This document shows positions 1-11,923 of a stretch of 48,345 bases of DNA, one piece after another. Location of the stretch: positions 33,553,968 through 33,602,312 of the forward strand of contig NC_057718.1 in assembly GCF_004010195.1 (NCBI RefSeq), written 5' to 3'. Each line of letters opens with the position of its first letter. Within the stretch, counting starts at the first letter, position 1. Below the pieces are notes generated by a model. The model was not told the DNA's origin. It was given only the letters and a program-made list of their open reading frames with translations, and did no database searches. The position numbers were made by a program, and so were the translations under genes. The stretch is from Chiloscyllium plagiosum. Its lineage: Eukaryota.

Positions 1-734
1 CAGCAGGAGGAGGCAACATGTAAGGAGGCAAGATATTAAATAGTATTTTTGAATCAAATTAGGAGCAATATATTAAGGTCAGTGAAGGCCAATAATAAGG
101 AATAGTAAAGCAAAACTTGAGAAAAGGTGAATTAAGGCTAGATTGTAGGATAATTTTTTTTTCACTCAATAATATTCAACATATTGGAGGCTCTCAGCTC
201 TGGTGCTGGGGCAGAATGGGCCATAATCGTAGCTAAGAAAAAAAAAGACAAATATGAATAATAACAATATCAGTTTTTGGGAAACAAAATAGAAATGACA
301 TACTTCACTCACTGAAACACAAAGTCCATGGGAACAACTTTCATGCAGAAATAGGTTTTTATCAAAGATGGTGCAATGGACTTGAGGTAATCCTTTGGCA
401 AAAAAAGATTTCTAGCAGAATTTCAAATTTGTGATTCTTCCATCAATGATTTCACCTAATAGTTACAGCTTTAAAGATTGTTTTCATAATGACATGTCAT
501 TTGTAAGCATCCTCACAATCATCCTTGATTGTGCACATACTTCACGGTAAAGGTTTACCTACCCAAACACTAAACTAGGATAATAAAGGAATTTAAAAAT
601 CAGGCAAAAATGCATCATCAAAAACTTTAGCTAAAACGTGTGAGGAGTAATAAAGATATAGTTGCAAATGGTTGCACTCAACTCCTTTAGTCTAAATTAC
701 TTAGAGAAATCATGGCTTTAAGGTGGACACTCAC

Positions 735-829
735 CCCTTTCAAAATAGTGTAAACTGGAGAGGTCACACTCTTATAAATCAAGCTGGTGTAAGATTCTGA
801 TGTTGAATTTGAAGACATGAAGCTAGTGC
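735..829 (-). CDS. PLEKHH2: PLEKHH2 coding exon (95 nt, phase 1-0): (C)TSFMSSNSTSESYTSLIYKSVTSPVYTILKG
   Basis: Acceptor ctttatttcctag, donor GGG|gtgagt; matches YTSLIYKNMTTPVYTTLKG. Confidence 0.94.
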
Positions 830-1933
830 CTAGGAAATAAAGAATATGTATGCACAGATGATGGAGGCTTATTTCGTTTTAATATTCTATATTAAAAGCT
901 CTAAACAGCAAATAAGACATCAGACATTTTTTAACAAAAAATAGGACAGATAATGTTTTATTATACCAGTTGAGCTTATAGGAAGAGGCTGAATCAGTCT
1001 GTAAAAAACAGGAAGATGATTGATATAATTCCTGATCCATATTGATCGAGATGATCTCAGTAAAAGAACAAGATCAGTAACTAAAAATTAAAATGTTCTG
1101 CCTTTGAAGGTCTCTCTTATAGTTATCTTGTCCAAATTAATTTTACATGCATATTCGAAGTGTAAAGTGGAAGTTCATGCTTTGTTTGGAAACACCAAAT
1201 TTGAGAGGAATCGTTCAGCTAGCTTGTGTAAGGATCTCATTTAACCCTTAGTGCGAAGAACTGTTCTGAGAGAGCAAGTTACCACACTGAGAAATGAAAA
1301 TAACTGTATAATCCGGGAGAGTTGAATGCCTACTTAAAAAGGACAGAGAGACATATCCTGGTTTAGAGGTTATTTTTGCTTGTGTAAGAAGTTCTGTTTT
1401 GTAGTTTTGAAGTAAAAGTTGCCTCCAAAAACTGTTTAGTAAATAGTGCTGATAATCTGTCTGTTACAGTAAACATGTTAAAACATAAATCCTTTTGTAT
1501 CATGCTTTCAGCTATTTATGGGAATTTCAGATTTCCTTTCAATGGTCTTTACAGACAAAAATTAACTCTTTCTACTTCATTTCCCTCCTTGAAAACTACC
1601 TCTAATCAAGCATTTGATTACGTCTCCTCCTAACTTCTTATGTGGCTCAAAGCAATGTTTTACGTTATAATACTCTGGTGGCAATGCCATGAGATATAGT
1701 GTTTAAACACAATGGAACAAGATGTTGTTGTTGTACTAATGCCTTAAAAAATCAAGACTAATTTTAGAATCCCAAGAGAAAAAAAATGTAGAAATCTACA
1801 CATAATGGAATAAAAACAATAATCATAGCAAATCCCACAAAATCTCAGAAGGTCTGCTTTCTGTGGAACAACAGACAAATGTAATATCTCAGTTATGTGA
1901 CCTTCCATCAGAGGTGGAAAAAATTAGAGATGT

Positions 1934-2031
1934 AGGCAAAAGTGAGGACTGCAGATGCTGGAAACTTTTCCTGCTCCTCGGATGCTGCCTGACCTGCTGT
2001 GCTTTTCCAGCACCACTCTGATCTAAACTAA
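1934..2031. mobile_element. 98-bp Penelope-terminus-derived insert with a 16-bp target-site duplication
   Basis: aaaaaattagagatgt at 1918-1933 and 2032-2047; insert carries actgcagatgctggaaa plus an inverted piece of the same terminal repeat. Confidence 0.8.
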
Positions 2032-2769
2032 AAAAAATTAGAGATGTGACAAGCTTTGAGCATGTGACAGAGAGGAAGGTGGGGAGGTGAACAAAAAGGA
2101 AGGTCTATGATTGGGAGGACAGCAGGAGAGATTAAAAATCAAAAGGTTTCATGGGACAAAGCCAAAGAGAGTGGTATTAGATCACAAAAACATTAAGAAA
2201 TATATCTGCGGGAAGTGTGAAGGAAAAAGTCCTGAATAGCTCCCAACTGATAGAAAATAAAAGACAATAAGACTTGCAAGATAGAAAACTCAAAATGAAA
2301 AGCAAAACAAAATGAAGGCAGAGTTTACATTGAAATTGTTTGAACTTAATATTGATTCCAGAAAGCTGTAAAGTACTCAGTTGATAGATAAAATGCTGTT
2401 CAAATATTTGTGTTGAGTTTCAACGGAACCACTATAACAAGACAAGGATGGAAATGTCAGTGTGGGTGTGAATTAAAATGACTGGCAGGCTAAATGGACG
2501 TATTCCCCAAAATGGTCACCCAGCCTGCATTTGGTCTTGCTCAGAAGACCACATCATGAAGAGCAAATACACAATACTAAACTGAAAGGAGAACATACAT
2601 ATTGCTGTTTCACTTGGATGAATTGTTTGCGAAGAGATAAAAAAGGACAGGCATATTTCCTGTACTTGTATGGATAGGTGCCACAGGAAAGTGAGGAGGG
2701 TGCAGGGAGGTGTCTGAGGAGTGGACTAGTGTAATGCTAAAAGAATAGTCCCTTCCAGTGCCAAGGGGT

Positions 2770-3450
2770 GTGTCACTGAACAAAGAGATCTTGGAGTGGA
2801 GGTTCATTGTTCCTTGAAAGTGGAGTCGCAGATAGATAGGATCGTGAAGGTGGCATTTGATATGCTTTCCTTTATTGGTCAGTGCATTGAGTAGAGGAGT
2901 TGGGAGGTCATGGTTTGGCTGCACAGGACATTGTTTAGGTCAGTTTTGGAAATCTGCATTCAATTCTGGTCTCCTTGCTTTAGGAAGGATGTTGTGAAAC
3001 TTGAAAGGGTTCAGAAAAGATTTACAAAGATGTTGCCAGGGTTGAAGGGGTTGAGCTGCAGGGAGAGGCTGAGAGGTGACATTATGGAGGTTTATAAAAC
3101 CAGGAGGGGCATGGATACGGTAAATAAACAAGGCCTTTTCCCCAGGGTGGGGAAATGTCCAAAACCAGAGGGCATAAGCTTAAGGTGAGAGAGGAAAGCT
3201 TTAAAAGGGGCCGAAGGAGCAACATTTTCACGTAGAGGGTCATACATGTATGGAGTGAGCTGCCAGAGGAATTGGTGGAGGCTGGTACAATTACAACACT
3301 GAAAGGCATCTAGATGGGTATGTGATTAGGAAGGGTTTAAAGGGATATGGGTAAGTGCTGGCAAATGGGACTAGATTTATTTAGTATATCTGGTCAGCAT
3401 GGACGAGTTGGACCGGAGGGTCTGTTTCCATGCTGTATATCTCTCTGACT
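2770..3450 (+). mobile_element. CR1/HER1 LINE, 5'-truncated 3' fragment
   Basis: ORF2 C-terminal motifs CIQFWSPCFRKDVVKLERVQKRFTKMLPGL; 3' UTR ending ggtctgtttccatgctgtat...tctgact. Confidence 0.9.
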
Positions 3451-3952
3451 TTTTGGGGAGTAGCTGTGTTTGGAGGCATCATGCTGGAGATGATGGAAAT
3501 AGTAGAAGATGATCAACAAAACATTGAGGTTGGTGGAATGGAGGGTGAGGACAAAGGGGAGCCCCACCATCATGTTAAAAGGAAAGGTGCTGAGAGCACA
3601 AGTATAGAAATTCAAACAGGCTCCACTGGAGGGCCTTGCTGACAACCATGGTGGGAGGGAATTCTCAGTTGTACAGAAAGAATAACATAATAGAACACTA
3701 GTGTGGAAGGTGGCATCACCTGAACTAGATTAAAGAATACAGTCTTTACAGGAATCAGAGCATGAGAATATGTAGACAAGACAATATTGAGCCAGTGAAT
3801 ATGTTTGATAGCCTATATCCAGAAAGGCAGAGACAGAAGTCAAGGAAGGAAAGCAATGGAAACAAAACCAATAGGTTAGACCTTAAGAATACAGAATGGG
3901 TTTGTCCATTAAACAGTAAGCATCTCTCTCTCTCATAAATAAGAAAACTCAC

Positions 3953-4028
3953 ATTTGTTACTTGGGTCCGTACAAACAGTCTCTGACATCCTCATACCTG
4001 ACTTGGCCACTGCATAAATTCTGTTTTC
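3953..4028 (-). CDS. PLEKHH2: PLEKHH2 coding exon (76 nt, phase 0-1): ENRIYAVAKSGMRMSETVCTDPSNK
   Basis: Acceptor tatcttctgcacccag, donor AAT|gtgagt; continues FPSW into ESRIYAVAKSG-like motif. Confidence 0.95.
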
Positions 4029-5823
4029 CTGGGTGCAGAAGATAAAGTAACAGCTCTTAATATATCTGTATTGAGAGATTTCTGGAGCTATAAATCAGCC
4101 AAAAACCTTTAATGTCAGTCCCTAAATACAAGGAGAATTTGGTTTCCAGAACAAGGTGCAGGCGAAATGACCATTACTTTCCTTCAATTTGTTTTCATTC
4201 TCTAGTGATAACATGTACACTTACTGGGATGAAAGAACAGAAGCATCTACAATCTTCTAATTCTTCATTTATATAGTCATTCTTCGGAAGTAAGGTGAGA
4301 TATGTAGTGGTCAGCAGGCTAATTGAACTTTAGTGGGTGTGTCATGGGTAGGTTGGATTTTGCGTTCTACCCTATTAATGTATATTAGCAAGGTTCTTAG
4401 TTAATTTTACTTCCCTTCCAAAACAAGTACCTCTCAAGGTTTACTAATATCTCAGTTAAGAGAAACATAAGCACAAATTAATGACTGCATGTAGAGTCTT
4501 CCCCATCAATAACTTAATTATCTTCCACATTGTGCATTTATTATTTGTGTTAGTGTTGTCAAATCAAATATTACTTTTAATATGATTTTGGAATTTGCAG
4601 TAGATAAAGGAATTCATCACATTTTTGTATTTTATTGAAATGTGTTTTCCATTTTATCTAACATGCATTCTTCGCAATAAAAGATACCGTGACATCTGAT
4701 TTAGAGTAGCATTCTAGTACAAAATGATAGTACAATTTGTCTGACAATAATTCAACATACTTCAACAGATTGTGTCATTTTATCTTGAAAGTGTTGCCAG
4801 TAACCGTGACTAATGAATGCTGATGTAACACAATGTTAGAGATTCTGAAAGTTCATCTTGCTAGCATTGATTAAGAGGTTAAGGGAACCTGCCAAACAAC
4901 ATTCAACTCTCCCAAGCAGAGTTCAAATTCTCATAGCGATCATGACTTCTATTTGTATGAGTACAAGTTGCCCTAGTTTAAATTGAGCTTTTCAAAGGGA
5001 GAGGAAGGTTAATTGATGATGAGGAGGTAAACTTTCTACCTCACAACTGATGCTCATTGCCTCTCCACTATTTAGCAGTGGAGCTCCCACAGTAACGTGA
5101 AGAAGTAACACAGCTGCCCTGTGGGGACTACAAAGCACTGCTTTGACAATTTTAGATGCTAAACTCATGTACAGAATGAGGGGAAGTGAACGAACTAGTG
5201 TTGGATACTGGTGGGGCTTTGAACACATTCTCAGAACATTTGCCTGAGCCTCTAGATTACTAGTCCATTGATATTAACACTACACCATCTCCACCATTGT
5301 CTCCACCAATATAATGCAATGTTAAAAAGAACACTGCAAACCTAGCATGCCAAATATAGCATAAGATCACAATCACCTACAATAAATAACACCCACCGAT
5401 TCTGCTCCCACTACTCTTTCAGGCAATGTATTCCAGATCACAAACTGGTGAGTAAATTATTTTTCCTCATGTCATTTCCAGTTCATTTGCCAATCAGCTT
5501 TACTTAGTTCCTCATTGCTTACTCTAGCAAAATTAACCATAAATTTGAACACCACCTTCAAAGCATAAAGATTACTTCAATTTTGTGCTTTGGTAGGGTG
5601 ACTGCCAAAAAGACATGAACAGATCTTTGAAAATGTTCATGTTGCCTAAGCACCGGTCCAACCTATTGCAAGTCAGTTGAAATCTTTGCGATCAGGAAGA
5701 TTATTGTTACTGTGAGGACTGTCAGTGCAATATCAAATTAGCCTTTCAAAATATCTGCCAATATTTTTATTTCTGCAAATGAAGCACTTTTAATTATCAC
5801 TACAACACAGCAATAAATATTAC

Positions 5824-6776
5824 CCAGGAAGGGAATCTGTGTAGAGGAGGAGTTGGTGGCTTGCTGGTGGAAACTTTGCCCGCTGTGTCTCCGGTTTCTG
5901 GTTTCTCCTCTATAATTTGTCCTTCAGATGAATCATACAAAAACATTTCCTCATCAAGGCTAGTTTCCATTTTCTCCAGAATATCATCTCCACCTTCATC
6001 GATATCGATGTCCGTCTCTTCATGACAAATTGGCCTCACCATACTAATAGCATTTCGGTTTCTACCAAACAGATGATCAGTACTTAATTGTGGTTGGCTA
6101 AAATGTTTCTTTGATTTGGCCATGCTTACACTAAATACATTAGGAGTCCGTAATCTTGGAGGTGCTAGGTTAGAAGATGAATTTGCCCCAATTGAGGACT
6201 GCATGGTCTGGTCATTAGTGGTAGTTACAGGGATTAGATACTTTGGTGTAAGTGGAGATGTTAGAATTAGGTTTGGAGTATTTGTTCCACTGGATGATGA
6301 TGAAGAATCTAGCCTTTGAGATTCAAATTTCTTGTTCAACTCATCAGCAGAAGTATCATGATCCATTCTTTTAATCATTGTTTTAGAGTTCATTATTATG
6401 CTTGGAAAATAATCCACTACTTGCAGGGTTTCAGTATTTGCAGCTTGAAAGGGCTGTTCTTGTTCAGTTTGCTGAATTATTGCACTCTCAACATCAAAAG
6501 CAGAGTTATTGTCACCAGATGCTGTCAAATAGGTGTCACTCCCAATGTGATTAGAGATGTTGGACAAACATTTGGATTTTAGATGCTTTTTCCTCTCATC
6601 TTCTTCATCAGAGCTACCATCATTTAAAGATTTAAAGGTTGTGTCGTCTTTTGTTAAAATCTGTAGTCTTTTTCTATCTTGTAGCTCAGGTGCACAATGG
6701 TTTTGAGCAAAGCCCCTTTGATCTATTCCAGTATTTTGAACAGAATTAACTTGTGGCTTCTTGTTCATTTCATTTT
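5824..6776 (-). CDS. PLEKHH2: PLEKHH2 large coding exon (953 nt, phase 1-0), Ser/Pro-rich region ending KPPTPPLHRFPSW
   Basis: ORF 5800..6768 has SSDEED, YLTAS, DELNKKFESQRLD, PNVFS, SQPQLS, NRNAISM and KPPTPPLHRFPSW motifs; acceptor tctctatttttcag, donor TGG|gtaata. Confidence 0.96.
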
Positions 6777-7548
6777 CTGAAAAATAGAGAATTGCACAAA
6801 TTAAATTTTGCCCATCTTTTTAAAGCCACTTGGTACATTGGGTTATATGACCAAAATAGTGTGTGGTTGTGTTTTGGACAGAAGGTTTGGCGAAATCATG
6901 CATGAAACAGTTCGAAATTTCTAAAGTACTGATGAAGTCATTTTGCTGACCTATAGAGAAGGACAGAAAATCAGGGGAAGTCAATTCGAGGGTCAGATGT
7001 TCCTATAATTCCTAACTGAAGTATGCTGACAAAAAGTGAACAGAATACTCTGTTGGTCTAGCCAGTGATAGAATTTCAGCAGAACCATGGAGATTTATGC
7101 TCCAATGCTCAAACTACACTCCCAAACATCGTATTTTTTTTTAATGCTTTCAATATTGAGGTAATGTAACTTAAAATTTATTTCAAATGTGTTCTTGTGC
7201 TAATTCTATTCACTGCACTCCATACAATGTCATAGAGCACCAAGGGATTATTCAAGAGTAGGGAAAATTAAAAATAGGACAAACTTACCTGAAGGAATGT
7301 AGCATTTAAAAATATCTATAATGAGTTAACAATGCAAATAGAGACAACTGGTTCTGATTTGGAGTGATTACTGGGACGTGGTTATAGGGGGATCTGGTCT
7401 GAAAATTGAACCTGACTGTGTGCATTTCGGAAGGATAGATAGAAAGAAAAAGGAGATGGTGAGCATTGTTAGTAAATGGTGAGATCACTGTTTTAGCTAG
7501 AAATGGTTTTGGCGATGAAGATGTGGAAACAAGTTGGGTAGAGACATT

Positions 7549-8043
7549 GAGTCACAAAGTATGGAAACAGACCTTTTGGTCCTACCAGTCCGTGCCGATC
7601 ATAATCCCAAACTAAACTAATCCCAGCTGCCTGTGCTTGGCCCATATTCCTCCAAACACTTCTTCTTCATGTACTTATTTAAATGTCTTTTAAATGTTGT
7701 AACAGTACCGGTATCCACCACTTCCTCTTGATGATCATTCTTGACGCGAACCACTGTTAAAAATTGCCTCTCATATCTCTAAATCTTTCTCTTCTCACCT
7801 TAAAAACATGCCTCACCCTATGGAAAAGACATCTCCATTCACCTTATCTATACCTTTCATGACTTTATAAACCTCTATAAAGGTTACTCCGCAACCTCCT
7901 ATGCTCCAGTGAAAAAGTCTCAGTCTATCCTGCCTTTCCTTATACATGAAGTCCTCCATTGGCAGCAGCATCCTGGTAAATCTCTTCTGACCACTCTCTA
8001 GCTTAATAATATTCTTCCTATAATAGGGTGACCAAGACTGAAC
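7549..8043 (-). mobile_element. CR1/HER1 LINE 3' fragment
   Basis: Reverse complement of the CR1 tail (atggaaacagacc...) followed by decayed ORF2 C-terminus. Confidence 0.85.
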
Positions 8044-8672
8044 ATAAGAAATAATGTTTTATTTAAATGCAGAAACAAGAAATAGCCAAGGGAAATAAAT
8101 CCTTAGTGAGAGTAATGTACAAGTTCCCTAACAGTAGTTCCACATTAGAAACCAGGAAACATTGGGATCTTGTAAGAAAGGTACAATAATCATGGGTGAT
8201 TTTAGTAGGCATTTAGATTGGTTTAATCAAATTGGTCAGGGTTGACTGGGTGGGGGGTTGGGGGACAGAAAGAGTTCACACAGTGTATTAGAGGTTGTAT
8301 CTTGGAGCAAAATGTTGGGGAATTAACCAGGGATCAGGTATTTTGGATTTAGTATTGTGTAATGGAGGTAGCATTAGTTAATGATCTTATAGTCAAAGAT
8401 CCTCTAAGGAAGAGTGATCATTTGCAAGTTGGAATTTCAAATTTAGTTTAAAAGGACAAGAAAATTGAATTGCACACTAATATTCTGGTGCTTGGTAATT
8501 AAGTAGACATGAGGACAGATATGACCCGACTGAACTGGGCAGAAAGACTAAAACGTAAGGCACTTGATAAACAGTGACAGATATTTATATCTTTCCCACT
8601 AAAACATATTCTAGAGAGGAAGAAAGATTGTAAGACGGGGAAAAAGGATCCATCGCTAAGCAAGGAAGTTAA

Positions 8673-9336
8673 GATTTGGAGATGCCGGTGTTGGACTGGG
8701 GNNNNNNNNNNNNNNNNNNNNNNNNNNNNNNNNNNNNNNNNNNNNNNNNNNNNNNNNNNNNNNNNNNNNNNNNNNNNNNNNNNNNNNNNNNNNNNNNNNN
8801 NNNNNNNNNNNNNNNNNNNNNNNNNNNNNNNNNNNNNNNNNNNNNNNNNNNNNNNNNNNNNNNNNNNNNNNNNNNNNNNNNNNNNNNNNNNNNNNNNNNN
8901 NNNNNNNNNNNNNNNNNNNNNNNNNNNNNNNNNNNNNNNNNNNNNNNNNNNNNNNNNNNNNNNNNNNNNNNNNNNNNNNNNNNNNNNNNNNNNNNNNNNN
9001 NNNNNNNNNNNNNNNNNNNNNNNNNNNNNNNNNNNNNNNNNNNNNNNNNNNNNNNNNNNNNNNNNNNNNNNNNNNNNNNNNNNNNNNNNNNNNNNNNNNN
9101 NNNNNNNNNNNNNNNNNNNNNNNNNNNNNNNNNNNNNNNNNNNNNNNNNNNNNNNNNNNNNNNNNNNNNNNNNNNNNNNNNNNNNNNNNNNNNNNNNNNN
9201 NTCGGAGCGATGCTCCTTCATCAGGTGATAGTGATTGAGCCCTCCACTATCACCTGATGAAGGAGCGTCACTCTGAACGCTAATGTGCTTCCAATTAAAC
9301 CTGTTGGACTATAACCTGGTGTTGTGTGATTTTTAA
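8673..9336. mobile_element. Penelope-derived insert (second family) with inverted terminal units and a 12-bp TSD; contains a 500-N gap
   Basis: TSD caaggaagttaa at 8661-8672 and 9337-9348; inverted pair ctccttcatcaggtgatagtg / cactatcacctgatgaaggag; same family as 12987-13077. Confidence 0.8.
8702..9201. other. Assembly gap (500 N)
   Basis: Run of N. Confidence 1.
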
Positions 9337-10747
9337 CAAGGAAGTTAAAGATAACATAGGTGCAAATACTAAGGCATTCCATATTCCATATTCCATATTC
9401 TATAGCAAGCTGGAAGATTTGGAAATTTTTAATGACCAAAGGGTTACTAAAACAAAAGCAATAAAAAGAGCAAAGATTAAGTATGAAAGAAGACTAGTAC
9501 AAAATATAAAAACAAATAACAAAACCTTCTATAGGTTAAATAATAGGGAAGAATCTAGTTAAAGGGAATGTTGGTCCCTTCAAGGATGAGACTGGGGAGT
9601 TAATAATGGGGAACACAGAAATAGCAGAGACACTAAATCAATATTTTGCCTCAGTTTTCATGGTGGAGGCCACTGAAACCATCCCAATACAGAGATTTTA
9701 GAAAAGGAGGAACTTAAAATGATTGCCATCACGAGGGAAAAAGTACTGAGGAAACTAATGGGATTTAAAGAAACCAAGCTCCAAGGGCCTGATGGCCTAA
9801 ATGGAGACTGATAAAGATGACAGAGTGAACATTTCCTGTTGTGGGACAATTTAGAGAATGAGAGGTCATACCTTTAGGCTGAGTGGTGTCAGATTTAAAA
9901 CAGAGATGAACAGGAATTATTTCTCTTAAAAGGATCATGAATCTGTGGAATTCAATACCCTTGAGTATTGTGGATGCTGGGAAACTAAATAAACCTAAGG
10001 AGTAGGTAGACAGATTTTTAATTAGTAATGTATTAAAGGGTAGGAAAGTGGAATGGAGGCCAAGATGAGATCAGCCATAAGCATATTAAATGGTGGAGCG
10101 GACTGGAAGGGCCGAATTGCCTAATCCTTGTTCCTGTTCGTACATTTACTCATATATCTCTTGTTGCTTTTCACATAATATCGTCAGTAATAAACTTAAC
10201 TTTCCATTTTCCTGTTCATTTCATAAGCAATCTAAGTTCTTCTACCAGTGATCAATAGCATTCTCCATCTTTAATATGCTATTTAATGTCTACAAATTTA
10301 ACCACATTACTTTTCTGACATGAACTCCCAGCTTTCATTATTGATAGAATTATAGATTCATTGAATTATGTATTAATGCAGAGCAACGTCTTAATTTTCT
10401 TGTTTTACATAAATGATGAATGCTAAAAACAACAAAAAATATTGTCCTCTTGTTGGTGCCTTCATAAATGGTGGTGAACAGTGCAAAATATAAATTAACT
10501 TTGCATTTTAATTCAGTTTCTTCCTGTTGCTTTTTTTTTGGATTTCTAGAAAGAATGTAAACAATGCACCCTCTCAATTCAATACTGTCTTTTAAAAAAA
10601 AAGTCTTGAGAAGGAAAACATTTAAAAAGAAGAAAGAAATAAAGTCTGTTCACTTCAGAAGTGAAATATTTACTTAATATATTTAAGCTTATGAATGTGG
10701 CAGGATTTACCAGTTGACATAACCAGTTTTATTGATTCCACACCCAC

Positions 10748-10909
10748 CTGTAAACTTTATGTTCAGTGACTCTGGTTCAAGGGTATTCTGCTGTAGACTT
10801 CTGGGGTTTCCTTTAAAATATCCAAAAGTTAGGCTGCTGAGCCGTTGTGCTTCCCCTGATGTTTTGCTCAAGTCCGATGATGTTTTTTGTCCTCGATTCC
10901 CTGTTAGAG
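10748..10909 (-). CDS. PLEKHH2: PLEKHH2 coding exon (162 nt, phase 1-1; alternative in-frame acceptor gives start 10900): ...GQKTSSDLSKTSGEAQRLSSLTFGYFKGNPRSLQQNTLEPESLNIKFT
   Basis: QRLSSLTFG motif of PLEKHH2; acceptor tatcttttag, donor CAG|gtgggt; phase fits both neighbouring exons. Confidence 0.88.
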
Positions 10910-10959
10910 CTAAAAGATAGCAGCCACCCAAAAACTGGTTATTTAAGAAGCCAAACAAA

Positions 10960-11182
10960 CTGCAAATACTGGAAATCAAAAACAAAAACAAAAAAATTGC
11001 TGGAAAATTTCAGCAGGTTTGGCAGCATCTGTGGAGAGAAGTCAGAGTTAACATTTCTGATTTTGAGAACCTTACATTCCTAGTTCTGAAGAAGGATCTC
11101 AGGACCCAAAACATTAACTCTGATTTCTCTACTCAGATGTTGCCACACCTGCTCAGATTTTCCAGAAATTTCTGTTTTTATT
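10960..11182. mobile_element. Palindromic MITE-like Penelope derivative (third family) with a decayed hammerhead core
   Basis: Arms ctggaaaatttcagcaggtttggcagcatctg...cagagttaa and ttaactctg...cagatgttgccacacctgctcagattttccag; agtt-CTGAAGA core at 11082-11119. Confidence 0.75.
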
Positions 11183-11841
11183 ACTAGTTATCTAAGCATT
11201 GCTCTAGATGATTTCTGACTGCAGTGCAAAATTGATTTTATTTCTGTTGCAAACAATGGATTAAAAATTGTAAAGAAAAGTTTCCTCTACTCTAATAGAT
11301 CTGATCTGACACAGCATAGGTGAGAGAAGGACATTATGTCACACTATTGTACATATTAGGACTTATTTATGTGGAAATGGACATTATGAAAACAAACAGA
11401 GGAAAATGGTTTTGGACCCTTGTTCATCTCCATTCACAAAGACTAAACTGCAGAAATTGCCTTCGCAATGGGAAAATTAATATTCTGCACCATGATGCAA
11501 CAGAAAAACCAAAGGAAGGTAGTTTTGGAGGGGAGACTCAGCAGTCCAATATTTTGATGGCATAGCATTTGCACTTGTATTGTATTGGTTTTCACATTCC
11601 TAAATTGGAAAATGAGCTTCTTAGGTAAATCTGTCATTAAAACGGGCATACATTTAAGCTTAATTTTAGCATGAGGACCACTGTAGTTCCAGCCCAACTG
11701 TTTCAGTCGAGAACAGAGGGGAAATAGATGATACACATTTGTAGAGTAATCATCCCTGTAAGAATTCACTGGTAGTAGTCATAGTAAATAACTGAATTTA
11801 CTCAGTAAATCATGAATAGGTTGGAAAATCTTAGCTCTAAC

Positions 11842-11923
11842 CTTGTAATTTGGTCTGAAGGATCTGAATGTGTTCCACCTGTTTCTGGTTAGTAAGTTTA
11901 AAACTCTGATTTTCCGTTTCAAG
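11842..11923 (-). CDS. PLEKHH2: PLEKHH2 coding exon (82 nt, phase 0-1): LETENQSFKLTNQKQVEHIQILQTKLQ
   Basis: Acceptor ctctctctgcacatag, donor AAG|gttaga; homologous to [27 protein letters not shown]. Confidence 0.92.

Larger units (their letters stand above)
1790..3735 (-). mobile_element. Old, decayed Penelope-like element, interrupted by a short insert (1934-2031) and a CR1 fragment (about 2770-3450)
   Basis: 2330-2580 and 3455-3730 are colinear with the younger Penelope at 24910-26170 (LPFVLTLHSTNL vs PLVLTFHTTNL); boundaries approximate. Confidence 0.65.
8060..10140 (+). mobile_element. Decayed CR1 LINE (endonuclease, linker and 3' end; RT core missing), interrupted by a Penelope-derived insert
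   Basis: IIMGDF, LDLVLCN and SDH endonuclease remnants; IKRAKIKYERRLVQNIKTNNKTFY linker; APGPDG motif; CR1 tail ggaagggccgaattgccta. Confidence 0.85.

Noticed and set aside
5800..6768. 322-aa ORF as a stand-alone single-exon gene
   Set aside because: It is an internal PLEKHH2 exon; the VIFIAVL tail is read-through past the GT donor at 5823.
8499..9257. Long ORFs spanning N runs (also 20600-20917 and 29040-30015)
   Set aside because: Artefacts of translating assembly gaps.
10710..10747. Downstream donor TG|gtaaat for the QRLSSLTFG exon
   Set aside because: Phase 2, incompatible with the phase-1 acceptor of the next exon.
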